Source of the DNA: an uncultured delta proteobacterium
Lineage (GTDB): Bacteria > Myxococcota > UBA727 > VGSZ01
Assembly (NCBI GenBank): GCA_963775425.1
Contig: CAVZJB010000016.1
Coordinates: forward strand, 224,001-288,000
DNA: 64,000 bases
Direction of reading: 5' to 3'
The notes beneath the pieces were generated by a model that made no database searches, was not told the origin of the DNA, and saw only the letters and a list, made by a program, of their open reading frames with translations. The position numbers were made by a program, and so were the translations under genes. The number at the start of each line of letters is the position of its first letter. Position 1 is the stretch's first letter. Below, in pieces: positions 42,480-54,363 of the stretch.

Positions 42480-43517
42480 TCAGCTCTGCATGCGGCCCTT
42501 GCCGTGCGTCTTGGCGTGCGCGAGGCGCTGGCGGCCGAGGGCCATGAGGCTGTCTGACAGCGTGTGGAAGCGGTCGAGCACCTCGCCCGATCCCGTCTTC
42601 GAGCCGCTGTCACCCATGTCCGTCTGCGACGTGGCGGATTGGAACATCAGGGAGTCGGCGCCCGGCTGGGTGCCTGCCGCGAGCGATCCGCCCGGCGCCG
42701 TCTGGTAGTCCGCGTCCGCCTCGATCACCTCGAGCAAGCCCGCCGCTCCGATGGAGAGGGTCACCGGGATCTGCACGTCGTCGAAGCCGAAGGCGGTCTC
42801 ACCGATGATGCGCAGGATCCGTTGTCCGAGGACGACGGCGCCGTCCTTGTCGACCTCGGGCGTGATGATGCAGAACTCGCCGCCGCCGGTGCGGGCGAAG
42901 ATGTCCTCGCGCCGGATGCGGCGCGCGAGGCGCTTGCCGAGCTGCGCCAGGACGGCGTCGCCGGCGAGGTGGCCGAATTCCTCGTTGATGCGCGCGAAGT
43001 CGTCGACGTCGAACATGATGAGCGACAGCGGCCGGCGATAGCGCGACGCGCGCGAGACCTCGCGCACCAGCGCCTCGCGGGCATAGCGGGCGTTGAAGCA
43101 GCGGGTGAGCCCGTCGATGGTGGTGAGGCGGTAGATCTCCTCGTAGTACGCGGCCTCGATGTTGTCGGTGCTGAGGTACTTGAGGATGGTGCGGCCGACC
43201 TTCAGCAGGTCGCCGGTTGAGAGCGTGCGCTCTGTAATCGGCTCGTCATTGACGTAGGTGCCGTTGGTGCTCCCAAGGTCCGAGAGCGTCACCCCGCTCT
43301 CCGACAGCAACAGCCGCGCGTGACGACGAGAGACGCTCTCGTGATCGATCTGGATGGCGGCCTGGGAGGACCGCCCGATGAGGATCTCGCCGGGCTTCAG
43401 GACGTACTTGTGGCCGATGGCCTGGCCGTAGATGACGACGAGGCAGGCGTCCGCTTTCGGCTTTCGATCGCCGATCTTCGAGATGACGGTAACGACGGTC
43501 TTCCGCCGCAGATTCAC
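42480..43517 (-). CDS. FHA plus degenerate GGDEF domain protein
   Basis: IGRS..SVSRRHA..DLGSTNGT FHA motifs; IDGLT, RREDIFARTGGGEF. Confidence 0.9.
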   Translation of the reverse strand: MNLRRKTVVTVISKIGDRKPKADACLVVIYGQAIGHKYVLKPGEILIGRSSQAAIQIDHESVSRRHARLLLSESGVTLSDLGSTNGTYVNDEPITERTLSTGDLLKVGRTILKYLSTDNIEAAYYEEIYRLTTIDGLTRCFNARYAREALVREVSRASRYRRPLSLIMFDVDDFARINEEFGHLAGDAVLAQLGKRLARRIRREDIFARTGGGEFCIITPEVDKDGAVVLGQRILRIIGETAFGFDDVQIPVTLSIGAAGLLEVIEADADYQTAPGGSLAAGTQPGADSLMFQSATSQTDMGDSGSKTGSGEVLDRFHTLSDSLMALGRQRLAHAKTHGKGRMQS

Positions 43518-44260
43518 GCGTCTGCTCCCGTCCCCGACCCAGAAACCATCCCCCCGGATGCCTTGAATTCACTCGTGAGCCGCGTCACGGCCCAACCTAG
43601 CACGCATCGCCGGCCGACGTGGAGGGCGAGACGGTCCGCTTGGTCGATCAACGATTTTGAGTCACCCAGGGCGGCCATCCGTGCGGAGGAGACGCCGCAG
43701 GGCGCGATGAGCTCGAAGAGCGACAGATCATTCGCCACGTTGATCGCGAGCCCGTGGGTGACGACGCCGCGCTCCACCCGGAAGCCCACCGACGCGAGCT
43801 TGCAGCCGTCCCGTGTATAGACCCCGGCCCCGCGCGCCTCGAGGCACGCCTCGGCGTCGACGCCGTTGTCGCGCGCGAGGTCCACGGCCGCCGCGAGGAG
43901 CGCCCGCGTGAGCCCGGGGACGTCGAGGCCGAAGCGCGAAAGCGGGATCACCGGATAGACGACGAGCTGGCCGGGGCCGTGGGCGGTGGCGCCGCCCCCG
44001 CGCTCGATGCGGCGCACGAGCACGCCGCGGGCGTCGAGGGCGCCGCGGGCGATCAGCTGCGACTCCGGCGCGTGTCGCCCGAGGGTGACGACCTCCTCGC
44101 GGTGGCTGCCGACGAACACCGTGCCCGGGTGCGCGGCCGCGACGACGGCGTCGCGCGCCGCGCGCATCTGCGCGAGCGCGGCGTCGTAGGGCCAGTCGAG
44201 GTGGACCTTGAGGGTGGGCGCCGGCACCGTCGATTGCGACGGGAGGGAGCGGCCGCGCAT
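43514..44260 (-). CDS. lipB: octanoyltransferase LipB
   Basis: VVTLGR, RGGGATAHGPGQLVVYP, KLASVG, THGLAINV, IAPCG. Confidence 0.92.
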   Translation of the reverse strand: MRGRSLPSQSTVPAPTLKVHLDWPYDAALAQMRAARDAVVAAAHPGTVFVGSHREEVVTLGRHAPESQLIARGALDARGVLVRRIERGGGATAHGPGQLVVYPVIPLSRFGLDVPGLTRALLAAAVDLARDNGVDAEACLEARGAGVYTRDGCKLASVGFRVERGVVTHGLAINVANDLSLFELIAPCGVSSARMAALGDSKSLIDQADRLALHVGRRCVLGWAVTRLTSEFKASGGMVSGSGTGADA

Positions 44261-45018
44261 CAAATGCCGACGAGGAGGCGGGCGCCGAAGTTGTACGCGA
44301 GGCCGGCCCCGATGATCTTCTTCATCTGGGCCTCGATGTTGTACTCGGAGCGGACGTACTTGAAGTGGCACGTCTCGGTGTCGAAGACCGCGCAGCAGCT
44401 CCGCGGATCGTAGTCGCGGGGCTGCCCGATGCTGCCGACGGTGATGATGTACTTGAAGTCCTTGCGGACCACGAACTCGGGGCCCTTGACGTTGTAGGCC
44501 TCGTCGGTGCCGAGGGCGAACGAGCGCGTCAGGTGCGAGTGCCCGATGAACGTCACCCAGGCGAGCTGCTCGCGGAACTTGAGCAGCTCCTTGGCCTTCT
44601 CCTTGGTGAAGATGTACTCGAACTCCTCGGGGCATACGGGGCTTCCGTGGCAGAAGTCGATGTCGCCGGCCCAGCCGTTGTTGCCGGAGCCGTCGACGCG
44701 GTGGCGGTACGGGAGGTTCTTGAGCCAGTCGAGCGTCTCGGGGCTCACCTGGGCCTTGCACCAGTCGAGCGCGTGGCGGGCGGCGTCGTAGTAGTAGCTG
44801 TAGTCCATGCGGCCGGAGACGGCGGCGTCATGGTTGCCGACGATGCAGACATCGACGAGGCTGCGCACGCGCTGGGCGCACTCCTCGGGGTTTGCCCCGT
44901 AGCCGACGATGTCGCCGAGGCAGATGTAGCTGTCGATGTGCTCCTTCTCGAGGGCCTTCAGGCTCTCGGTGAGGGCTTCTATGTTCCCGTGGATGTCGGA
45001 GATGATCCCGTAGCGCAT
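44260..45018 (-). CDS. calcineurin-like metallophosphoesterase
   Basis: SDIHGN, LGDIVGYG, GNHD, HGSP, GHSH, GSIGQPRD. Confidence 0.92.
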   Translation of the reverse strand: MRYGIISDIHGNIEALTESLKALEKEHIDSYICLGDIVGYGANPEECAQRVRSLVDVCIVGNHDAAVSGRMDYSYYYDAARHALDWCKAQVSPETLDWLKNLPYRHRVDGSGNNGWAGDIDFCHGSPVCPEEFEYIFTKEKAKELLKFREQLAWVTFIGHSHLTRSFALGTDEAYNVKGPEFVVRKDFKYIITVGSIGQPRDYDPRSCCAVFDTETCHFKYVRSEYNIEAQMKKIIGAGLAYNFGARLLVGI

Positions 45019-46371
45019 CGTTTTTTGAACCGAGTGGCCAGGATGGCAAGGGTTGTGAGCGCGAGCAAGCTTCCATCTGCACTGCTGCCCTGTTCGGTAC
45101 ATGTGCAGCCCGCGGCGCTGACCTGGACCGAGGCCGGCGCATACGACGCCACGCGGCCCCCGGTGTGCTCGAGGACGCCGTAGACGAAGTGCTCCCCGGG
45201 CTCGAGCCCGGCGAGATCCCAGCGGAACACCCGCGCCCCGTCCGGCCCGGCCGACAGCCCGCCCGCGATGGGGGAGCCGTCCTCACCGCGATCGTCGTTG
45301 TCGTCGAACAGACTGATGGTTCCCGTCTCGCCCTCCGGGAGCTGGACGGTCCAGGTGATCGCCGCGGCGCCGTCCTGGACGTCGTTGACGCCGTCGGGCT
45401 TGTCGAGCTTGAAGTCGACGATGGTCGGTCCGGTGCCGCCGATCTGCACCGTGCCCGGGGCGTAGGCGAAGCTCTCGGCGCCACGGGTGTCCCTGGCGCG
45501 GGCGAAGATGTGCACGGTCCCCGGCGGCAAGCCGGTCGTGTCGAACGAAGCCGACGCCCCCGCGCCGCCGGGCAGGCCCTGGGCGAAGCGGACGCCGGCG
45601 TTGCCGGAGGCGTCGAGGGACCAGAAGAGGTCGACGCTGACGGCGTCGCCCACGTCGGGGTCGGACGCGGAATACACCACGTTCACCAGCGCCGCGGTCT
45701 CGGCGCCGGCGGGCTCGGCCACGCTGACGGTGGGCGGGGTGTTCGGCGTCGGCTCCCCTTCGCCTTCTCCTCGCCTCTCCTTCGCCCTCTCCCTCGCCTT
45801 CTCCCTCGCCCTCGCCCTCTCCTTCGCCCGCCGACGCGGGGCTCTCCGCGCCGGGGCTCGAGGGGCTGCCGTCTTGCCACGACGTCGCGAGCGCGCCGTC
45901 GGCGAGGGGGAACACGCGCTCCATGGTCCGCTTCGGGGTGTTGTTGTCGCCGGCGAGCCAGGCGCCGCCGTCGGCGTTGGCGATGTCGCAGCCAGCGTCG
46001 GCGCAGGTGCCGCCGGGCGCCGGGCAAAGGCACAGCGCCTGGCCGCCGTTGGTGAGGCCGCCGCCGAGGGAGAAGTCGACGCCGCCGGGCGCAGGGAGCG
46101 GCACATCGGTGGTTCGCTGGAGCACGAGGAACGCGCCCGCGTCGAGGCTCTGCGCGGGCAGCGGCCGCACGGTGCTCCCCTGGATGAGGACGAAGCCGGA
46201 GAGGTCGACGGGCTGCGCGCCGGGGTTTTGGATCTCGATCCACTCGTGGCTGGAGCTCGCGTCGTCGCCCATCCACGCCACTTCGGTGATCACCGGATCG
46301 GCCCGTGCCGCGCCGGCGCCGAGGACGAGGACGGCGACGACGGCGGCGGCGGCGGAGGCGTGGCGGAGCAT
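44979..46371 (-). CDS. lamin-tail-domain surface protein with GE linker, Ig-like domains and MYXO-CTERM-like tail (frameshifted in this sequence)
   Basis: Signal, VITEVAWMG..EWIEIQN (LTD); GE tract 45753-45828 missing two G near 45768-45777; then NTPPTVSV.. and GCTC..LLALTTLAILATRFKKR. Confidence 0.75.
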
Positions 46372-46391
46372 GCCGGGACTCTAGCGCACCC

Positions 46392-46855
46392 TCACCACCC
46401 CGACGCCACCGGCGGCGACGACGGCGCCGGCCTGTGCGCGGGCGCGTCCGCCTTCGGGTTGACGGGCTTGCCGTCCGCGCCCACGAGGGTGGCGAGGGTG
46501 CCGTCGTAGACGATCCCCTGGTCCGCCGTGGGCAGGCCGCGCAGGTTCGTGATCAAGAAGGCGCCGTTTTCGCACGCGGCCTCGCGGAGCGTCTTCATGG
46601 CGCCGTCGGGCCCCTGCTCCTTGAGCTTGTCCCGCGGCCAGTCGAGGACGATGCGCCCGATGTCGACGTGCGGTCGGGTCACCTTCTGCCCGTCCTCGAA
46701 GATGTCGACGTGGCAGCCGCCCGGCCGCGCTTCGAGGGCGGGCGCCCCGCTGTCTCTGTCGAGCTTCACCGGGTTGAGCGTGGTGAGGCACGCCGCGGCC
46801 CCCAGGGCGGCGCCGGCGAAGAGCGCGACGACGCCGCGGCGGCGCGGGCGCTCAC
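46392..46855 (-). CDS. lipoprotein (one-base frameshift in the signal peptide)
   Basis: GTGA overlap with lipA; restoring one base near 46833 gives MSARAAAAVVALFAGAALGAAAC.. joined to the ORF with GCHVDIF..LREAACENGA. Confidence 0.6.
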
Positions 46856-47781
46856 GGGATCACCCGGAGCGCGCGCGGCCGGTGCCCGGCGGCAGCGGCT
46901 GCGCGGGACTGGGCCTGCGCCGCTTCGGCCGCGTGATAGCTCGAGCGGACGAAGGGGCCGGCGAAGACGTGGTGCAGCCCCGCCGCCTCGCCGTGGGCCT
47001 TGAAGCGCGCGTAGCTGTCGTCGTCGACGTAGCGGTCCACGGGCCAGTGCGCGAGCGTGGGCCGCAGGTACTGGCCGACCGTGGCGATGTGCACGCCGAG
47101 GGCGCGCATGGTGTCGAGCGTGGCGAGGACCTCGTCGTCGCGCTCGCCGAGCCCGACCATCATGCCGCTCTTCACCGACCCGTGTCCGCGGCGCGCCGCG
47201 TGGGCCAGCAGCGCGCACGTGTGCTCCCAGCGCGATTGCGGGCGCACCTGCCGGTAGAGCCGCTCGACGGTCTCGAGGTTGTGGTTGAAGACGTCGGGGC
47301 CGGCGTCGAGGACGACGTCGGCGAGGGCGAGGTCGCCGCCGAAGTCGGGCACGAGCACCTCCACCGCCGCCTGCGGCAGCCGCGCCCGCACCGCGCGCAC
47401 GCAGGCGGCCCAGTGGTGGGCGCCGCGATCGGGGAGGTCGTCGCGGTCGACGCTGGTGATGACGACGTGCGCGAGGCCGAGGGAGGCGGCGGCGTCGGCG
47501 AGCTTGTCGGGCTCCCCGGCGTCGAGGGGCCGCGGGCGGGCCGTGGTGACGTTGCAGAAGTGGCAGCGCCGCGTGCAGCGATCGCCCGCGATCATGAAGG
47601 TGGCGGTGCCGGACGCGAAGCACTCGCCGAGGTTCGGGCAGCGCGCCTCCTCGCAGACCGTCGACAGCCCCCGCGCGCGCATCAGGGCGCGCACGCCGTC
47701 GACGCCGCCGCCCCACGCCGGCTTCATCCGCCGGCGCAGGCGCTCGGGGAGCCGCAGCGGGGCGTCCGCGGTGGCGGGCAT
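46852..47781 (-). CDS. lipA: lipoyl synthase
   Basis: TVCEEARCPNLGEC, CTRRCHFC, TSVDRDDL, NHNLETV, GQYLRP, VRSSYHA. Confidence 0.97.
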   Translation of the reverse strand: MPATADAPLRLPERLRRRMKPAWGGGVDGVRALMRARGLSTVCEEARCPNLGECFASGTATFMIAGDRCTRRCHFCNVTTARPRPLDAGEPDKLADAAASLGLAHVVITSVDRDDLPDRGAHHWAACVRAVRARLPQAAVEVLVPDFGGDLALADVVLDAGPDVFNHNLETVERLYRQVRPQSRWEHTCALLAHAARRGHGSVKSGMMVGLGERDDEVLATLDTMRALGVHIATVGQYLRPTLAHWPVDRYVDDDSYARFKAHGEAAGLHHVFAGPFVRSSYHAAEAAQAQSRAAAAAGHRPRALRVIP

Positions 47782-48491
47782 CAGGGCGCGTCCGGGTGGG
47801 ACGTGCCGCAGCTCGGGCAGCGCGGCTCGTGGTGGCGCTCGCCGCAGCGGCACATGACGGTGCCGAGGTCCGCGCGCTTGTTGCGCTTTGCCGCCGGCGC
47901 CTCGGGGCGCGACGCGCGGGGAGGCGGGCGGGTGGCCGACGGCGACGGCTCGAAGCCGTCGACCGGGAGCGTACTGACCTCGGCGTCGACGCGAAAGATG
48001 TCCGAGTGGAAGATCCCGCTCACGGGCTGCGCGAAGACGTCGCCGACGGCGTCGCGTCCCGTCGCCTCGAGCCCCGTGACCTCGAGGCCCGGCGCGCCGC
48101 CGCGCACGTCGCCGACCTCGGCGAAGCGCCCGCTGTCGAGGCCGAAGACGGGCTGCGCGTCGACGTGATCGGGGGTGAAGCGCTTGAACAGCGAGCTGTC
48201 GATGAGGCCGGGGATGTCCTCGACCGGTACCTCACCGACGCTCTTGAAGCGCCCCGACTCGATGGCCATGTCGAAGGGGTTGGGGCGGTCGGCGCGCGTG
48301 GCGGGCGTGGGCACCGCGCCCGGCGGCAACGGCAGTCCCGCCGCCTGCAGCGCCTCGATGATCTGCGCGAAGGTCGGCTGGGGGGGCGGGCTCTGCCCGT
48401 ACTGGAAGGTCTGCCCGCAGCTCCGGCACGCGCGCTCTCCGAAGACGAGCGCACCCTTGCAGCGCGGGCAGGCGGCGACCTGCAGCGCCAT
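47781..48491 (-). CDS. double zinc-ribbon protein with internal repeats
   Basis: CPRC..CRSC N-terminal, CRC..CPSC C-terminal; repeated G-[IL]-[DE]-S-GRF..VG[DE]V units. Confidence 0.7.
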   Translation of the reverse strand: MALQVAACPRCKGALVFGERACRSCGQTFQYGQSPPPQPTFAQIIEALQAAGLPLPPGAVPTPATRADRPNPFDMAIESGRFKSVGEVPVEDIPGLIDSSLFKRFTPDHVDAQPVFGLDSGRFAEVGDVRGGAPGLEVTGLEATGRDAVGDVFAQPVSGIFHSDIFRVDAEVSTLPVDGFEPSPSATRPPPRASRPEAPAAKRNKRADLGTVMCRCGERHHEPRCPSCGTSHPDAP

Positions 48492-48802
48492 CAATGCGAG
48501 CCTGCGAGCTCGCGGCGCAACTTGGTCTGGAACTCCTCGAAGGAGCCGGGCTGCTGCACCGGCACGTGCAACGCGTACCAGTACTTGTTGCCGCCGACGT
48601 CGGTGAACGAGATGCGCCAGACCTGGCCGGTGTTCTTGTTCAGCAGGTACGTCGACCCGGGCGTGTCGACGATCTCGAACGGGTGGCTGGTCTCCAACGA
48701 CGGCGTCGGCTCCACGTTCTTCTTGGTGCCCTGGGCGAACAGCGCTCCCGCGGTGGCGAGCGAGCCCACGAGGACACCGGCGGCGAGATAGGCGAGCTTC
48801 AT
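48491..48802 (-). CDS. small secreted hypothetical protein
   Basis: Signal MKLAYLAAGVLVG..ALFA, TYLLNKNTGQVWR. Confidence 0.7.
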   Translation of the reverse strand: MKLAYLAAGVLVGSLATAGALFAQGTKKNVEPTPSLETSHPFEIVDTPGSTYLLNKNTGQVWRISFTDVGGNKYWYALHVPVQQPGSFEEFQTKLRRELAGSH

Positions 48803-48827
48803 GGTTCCCCGGTCTACCACGTCCGGC

Positions 48828-49361
48828 TCAGGACGCGTTCTGCTCGCGGTCCTTCATCATCCGGTAGAACTTCCGCTGGATGTCGGGCTCGACGTCGTAG
48901 TTCTTCTTGAGCTCGCTGGCGAGGAACTGCTCCACCACCTTGCCCACGAAGGGGATCTTGACGTTGATGTGCCCCTCGATGATCCGGCGGGTGCCCTCGC
49001 CCTGCGGCTCCAGCTTCCAGACGCCGTGGGCCTCGAGGATGTCCTTCACCTTGTCCTTCAAGGGAACGATGGTCCAGTGGATGGCGTGCTCCGTGGGCTC
49101 GAAGCGCGTGTCCTCGTGCCACGTGAGCATGTCCTCGTTGACGACGCGCCGCGCGCTCGCGGGGATGTCGCCGCCGGCGACGACCTTGAAGCGCCACTCG
49201 ACGCGGCCGTCGCCGAGGTCCTTCTTGTCGACGAGGTCGCGGCTGCGAAACGCAGGCATGCCGCTGAGCATCGCGATGAGCTCGGGGTGGTTGAGGTACC
49301 TCTCGAAGAGGTCCACGGGGATGTCGGGGAACTGGTGCTCGAGCCGGAAAGACGTCGCCAT
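48828..49361 (-). CDS. DUF2505 / START-like fold protein
   Basis: FRLEHQF..W.EDTRF..W.IVP..G.INVKIPFVGKVVEQF. Confidence 0.75.
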   Translation of the reverse strand: MATSFRLEHQFPDIPVDLFERYLNHPELIAMLSGMPAFRSRDLVDKKDLGDGRVEWRFKVVAGGDIPASARRVVNEDMLTWHEDTRFEPTEHAIHWTIVPLKDKVKDILEAHGVWKLEPQGEGTRRIIEGHINVKIPFVGKVVEQFLASELKKNYDVEPDIQRKFYRMMKDREQNAS

Positions 49362-49370
49362 GCGCGCCGT

Positions 49371-49802
49371 CTAGTCCACGCGCAACAGCACGTCGAGCAC
49401 CTGCTTGGGCAGGCCGGAGGCGGTCCGGTAGTAGGTCTGCTTCCCGGCGTGGCGGGTGGCGACGAAGCCGAGGTTGCGGAGCTGCTTGAGCATCGTCGAC
49501 GTCGCCGACAGCGACAGCCCGAGGACGGCGGCGACGTCGCCGACGCACAGCTCGCTCGCGGCGAGCGCGAGCATGGCCTGCACCCGCGAGGGGTGGGCCA
49601 GGCCCTGCAACCGATCGGCCGCGCGCAGGATGCGCTCGTGATCGGGCATGGCGTCGAGCACGCGCTCGACGTTCTCGGGGTCGAAGACCGCGATCTCCTT
49701 GGGCTCGTCGCGGAAACGCTCGGCGCCCGCGGGCCTCCGCTTGGCGCGAACTTTGGGGCGGAAGGTGTCGTTGCTGCGGCGCTTCTTGTCTTTCTTGCCC
49801 AT
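49371..49802 (-). CDS. ArsR/SmtB family transcriptional regulator
   Basis: LAHPSRVQAM, ELCVGDVA, SATSTMLKQLR..G.V..R..GKQTYY. Confidence 0.88.
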   Translation of the reverse strand: MGKKDKKRRSNDTFRPKVRAKRRPAGAERFRDEPKEIAVFDPENVERVLDAMPDHERILRAADRLQGLAHPSRVQAMLALAASELCVGDVAAVLGLSLSATSTMLKQLRNLGFVATRHAGKQTYYRTASGLPKQVLDVLLRVD

Positions 49803-49905
49803 GGGTCCACGCTTCCACGGCTCTAGAACCGACGCAAGTTTCCGGCTTCGCGTCGCCCCCACGACGACGACGACGGTGACGACGACGACATCGATGCGTG
49901 AGGCG

Positions 49906-51258
49906 CTACGCGTCGAGGCCGTCGAGCGCGCGGCGGAGGTCGGCGGTGAGCGAGCGGGCGCGGGGCAAGAGCGCCTCGAGGACCTTCACGCGCAGGGCGC
50001 GGTCCGGGCGCGCGCCGGGGGCGAGCGCCGCGAGCCGGCTGACCGCGGCGCGGGCGTCGGTGCGCGCCGCGGCGGCGCGCGTGGCGGGGCTCAGCGACAC
50101 GAGCGTCAGCGCGGCGAGGAGCGGGCCGGCGTCGTCGACGTCGACGGCCTCGAAGATGCGGACGATCTCGCCGCGCGCCCTCGCGCCGCCCATGCGGGCG
50201 AGCAGGGACAGCGCGCCCACCGGGTCCTCTGCGAGCACGGCCAGGGCGTCGTCGACGAGGCCGGGGGCGCAGGCGACGTCGCTGGCGGCGACGGCGTCGC
50301 GGGCGTCGGCGCGCGCGCGCAGCAACGGACCGAGCACGTCGCGGGCCTCTTCGGGGTGCACGCTCTCGCACACCGCCACCGTCGACGGCAGGTGCACCCC
50401 GGGCCGCGCGAGCACGGCGTCGCGCGCCTCGGGCGTGCCCAGGCGCGCGAGGAGCTGCGCGGCGGCGACGCGCCCTTCGTCGTCGGCGCCGGGGGTGTCG
50501 AGGAGCAGCGTGTGCAGGCGGAGCTGCGCACCGGCGGAGAAGCGCTCGAGGGAGCGCGGCAGCCGCGCGGTGGCCATCCGCTCCACCCGCGCGGCGGGGG
50601 GCAGCGCCGCGAGCGCCGCCTCGAGGCGCGCGTCGTCGAGCCCGTCGACGGGGACATAGCGCGCGGCGAGCCCCGCGGCGACGCCGAGGTCCCACGGCAC
50701 CGGCTCCTCGTCGCGCCGCGCCCACACCGCCGCGGGCGCGATGCGCGCGACCGCCTCCGCCGCGCGGGTGCGCAGAGGCAACGGCAGGCGCGCGTCGTCG
50801 AGCATCACCAACAGCGCGCGCTCCACCGCCGGCGAACGCGGCGCCCGCAGCGGGAGCAGACCGAGCGCGCGCGCGCGGCGCTCCACCTCGGCGGGGGCCA
50901 TGCGCCGGAGCGCGTCGGGCAGCCCCTCGACGGCACGCGCCAGGGCGTCGGGCGGGGCCCACGCGTGCACGTCGACGTCGCCGAAGCGCCCGCGGGCGCA
51001 GGCGTCGACCAGGTGCGGGATGCCCGTGGACGCCAGGAGCCCGCCGAGCTCCGCCTGGTTTTTGCCCTTCGCCTCCTGGGCGAGCCCCTCGACGACCGCG
51101 ACGGCGCGCGCGCCGTCGGCGGTGGCGAGCGCGTCGAACGCGGCGCGGCGGTTGGCGCCCCGCCGCGTCTTGATGTGCCTGCCGAGGCGGGCGAGCTTGT
51201 CCTCGAGCGGCTCCGCGGGGAGCGCGTCGCGCCGCAAGGAGCGTTTGTTGAGGGACAC
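49906..51258 (-). CDS. Ala/Leu/Arg-rich helical-repeat hypothetical protein
   Basis: Long ORF in the GC3-rich frame with HEAT-like segments (LRTRAAEAVARI, GRVAAAQLLARLG). Confidence 0.55.
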   Translation of the reverse strand: MSLNKRSLRRDALPAEPLEDKLARLGRHIKTRRGANRRAAFDALATADGARAVAVVEGLAQEAKGKNQAELGGLLASTGIPHLVDACARGRFGDVDVHAWAPPDALARAVEGLPDALRRMAPAEVERRARALGLLPLRAPRSPAVERALLVMLDDARLPLPLRTRAAEAVARIAPAAVWARRDEEPVPWDLGVAAGLAARYVPVDGLDDARLEAALAALPPAARVERMATARLPRSLERFSAGAQLRLHTLLLDTPGADDEGRVAAAQLLARLGTPEARDAVLARPGVHLPSTVAVCESVHPEEARDVLGPLLRARADARDAVAASDVACAPGLVDDALAVLAEDPVGALSLLARMGGARARGEIVRIFEAVDVDDAGPLLAALTLVSLSPATRAAAARTDARAAVSRLAALAPGARPDRALRVKVLEALLPRARSLTADLRRALDGLDA

Positions 51259-51278
51259 GCTCCGACTATAAGGCGCGC

Positions 51279-53357
<2,079 letters not shown>

Positions 53358-53359
53358 CG

Positions 53360-54223
53360 TCAGCGCCGGGGGAGCACTTCGTCGAGCACGCGGCCGACGA
53401 GGGAGACCTCGACCTTGCTCCAGGCGTCGGCGTCGTCGTCCGCGCGCAGCGCGTTGCGCGTCTCGCTGACGTGCTTGGTCACAATGAGCGCGTCGGCGTC
53501 GGCGTCGACGACGTCGGCGTTCAGCGTGAGCACGTGGCTCACCACCGCTGCGTGGGGCTTTTCCACGTGCGTGTTGATGGCGATGAGCGGCCGCTTCAGG
53601 TCACGGGCGAACTCGAGCGCGCCGGCGCGGTCGGCGACGAACTGGTCCGGCGCCTCCACGCAGCGGGCTTCGAGCCCGCGCAGCACGGCGGCCTTGGCAC
53701 CCTCGTCGACGCTCTTGCTCCACAGGAGCACGATGGCGGTCTTCTGCGCGCAGCTATGCACCACTACCGGCGGCGCCGGCTCGGTGATCTGGCGGCGCAG
53801 CACGTGGACAGCGTCGTCGACCACCCGGATGGCCTCGCGCGAGCCGGTGGCCCGGGAGGCGCGCCCGAGGAGGTTGGCGCTGCGCATGGCGCGGCCGCGG
53901 CGCTCGCCGGCGGCCGTGTCGAACGCGGTGACGTCGACGGAGAACAGCGTGCCCTGCGTGCGGTCCTCCAGCGCCTCCACGAGGCCTGCGCGGGCCACGA
54001 GCAGCCACGGCAGGCGAGCGTCGGCCGCCTCCCGCAGCATCTGCTCGTCGCTGCCCGCCTTGAGCTCGACGAGGTCGAAGCAGCCCCGGGACAGCGCGTC
54101 CTCGACGAGGCCGGCGGCGACGGGGTCGCCGTCGTCGACGAACGCGACGCCGGCTTTCACCGTGGTCTCGCACGATGACGGGGTGGGGACGATGGCGGCG
54201 AGGGCGAGCGCGAGTGCGATCAT
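53360..54223 (-). CDS. secreted hypothetical protein with two similar alpha/beta domains
   Basis: Signal MIALALALAA; two Cys-flanked repeats (SC..VEDALSRGC and SC..LRGLEARC). Confidence 0.6.
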   Translation of the reverse strand: MIALALALAAIVPTPSSCETTVKAGVAFVDDGDPVAAGLVEDALSRGCFDLVELKAGSDEQMLREAADARLPWLLVARAGLVEALEDRTQGTLFSVDVTAFDTAAGERRGRAMRSANLLGRASRATGSREAIRVVDDAVHVLRRQITEPAPPVVVHSCAQKTAIVLLWSKSVDEGAKAAVLRGLEARCVEAPDQFVADRAGALEFARDLKRPLIAINTHVEKPHAAVVSHVLTLNADVVDADADALIVTKHVSETRNALRADDDADAWSKVEVSLVGRVLDEVLPRR

Positions 54224-54363
54224 CGAGACCCCGGGGCTGAGGTGACGCGCGAGTGGACCCCGTGAAAACCGATGGGGCAACCCCGTTCTTCTCGGTCGAT
54301 CGGATGAGCCCGGTCACAAGACGGATGGGCCGTGGTAGCCGCCTCTCAAAAGCGGAGGTCGTC

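Noticed and set aside
54224-54363. Riboswitch upstream of the SDR gene
   Set aside because: Only short GC stems; no match to c-di-GMP-I or other aptamer consensus that I can recognise
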